A stretch of 64,000 bases of DNA, taken from contig NC_092672.1 in the NCBI RefSeq assembly GCF_964355755.1, forward strand, positions 4,464,001-4,528,000, written 5' to 3'. Under the pieces are notes generated by a model that saw nothing but the letters and a program-made list of their open reading frames with translations, was not told the DNA's origin and searched no databases. Both the position numbers and the translations under genes were made by a program. The first letter of the stretch is position 1. Each line of letters starts with the position of its first letter. Source of the DNA: Antedon mediterranea (Eukaryota > Animalia > Echinodermata). Shown one piece after another: positions 63,205 to 64,000 of this stretch.

Positions 63205-63872
63205 CTCATGATTATTATGATGTCTCATGATCATTATTATTATTATAGCCATCATCATCATATTATCTTGTTCACTATTATTATTATATTATTATTATTA
63301 TTATTATCAGCATCATTATCATCTCTAATACTACATCATCTTTGTCAGTATCATCATCCTCATCACTATCATCTTCATCGTAATCCCCAGTATCTTCATC
63401 CTTTGTCACCATCATCATCATTATCATCATTATCATCATCATCACCACAATCATTATCATCATCACCTCAATCATTATCTCATCATCATCATCGTTTGTC
63501 ACCATCACCACAATCATTATCATCATCATCCTTTGTCACCTTCTTCATTATCATCATCATCATCGTCATCATCACCACAATCATCATCATCATCCGTTGT
63601 TACCATCATTATCTTCATCATCATCATGATCATTGTCATACATCATATTCCCAATCATTATCTTCATCATCTTCATCATCATCATCATCATCATCATCAC
63701 CATCACCATCATCATCATCACCATCATCATCCACATTACCATCATCACCATCACCATCATCACTATCATCATCATCATCATCATCATCACCATCACCATC
63801 ATCATCATCACCATCATCATCATCATTACCATCATCACCATCACCATCATCACTATCATCATCATCATCATA
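63205..63872. repeat. (CAT)n/(CAC)/(TAT)n trinucleotide low-complexity tract
   Basis: Imperfect CAT/CAC/TAT repeats in the intron after NCBP3 exon 6; source of the poly-His/Ser/Ile/Asp/Met ORFs. Confidence 0.95.
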
Positions 63873-64000
63873 TTCAACACCAAGGCTACCATTCAATAGC
63901 AGATATCAATATGCATCATAAAAATGCATATTAACCCACCTTTATGTATATTGACTTCATTGCGTATTAGCGATTGAATGGAAAATAGGTGATAGAGATT

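Noticed and set aside
63208-63934. His-, Ser-, Ile-, Met- and Asp-rich ORFs in several frames
   Set aside because: Artefacts of a (CAT)n microsatellite in an intron.

Overview
AT-rich, intron-containing genomic DNA from an animal, probably a marine invertebrate (inferred from the 5S sequence, protein sequences and repeat types; species not identifiable). It is not prokaryotic, and most ORFs in the supplied track are exon fragments or noise. Five protein-coding genes lie in tandem on the + strand: an ABHD15-like alpha/beta hydrolase (uninterrupted CDS), mitochondrial EF-Tu (TUFM, 11 exons), class I fructose-bisphosphate aldolase (6 coding exons), phosphatidylserine decarboxylase (PISD) and the first six exons of NCBP3, which has 10-12 kb introns and runs off the window. 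A solitary 5S rRNA gene sits between aldolase and PISD. Introns are crowded with MITEs (one family has 10 copies), tRNA-derived SINEs, CR1/L2 3' ends, a Harbinger remnant and minisatellites. The most notable observations are: (1) an in-frame alternative first exon of PISD encoding a hydrophobic N-terminus, joined at the same position as the alternative human isoform; (2) strong enrichment of the palindrome TAGGCCTA and CTAG-rich tracts near 5' ends, with one apparent de novo insertion; (3) a CTCF-like motif in every intergenic gap; (4) a degenerate echo of a TUFM exon end inside the next intron. All gene models were built by eye from GT-AG boundaries and frame continuity, and no database searches were run.
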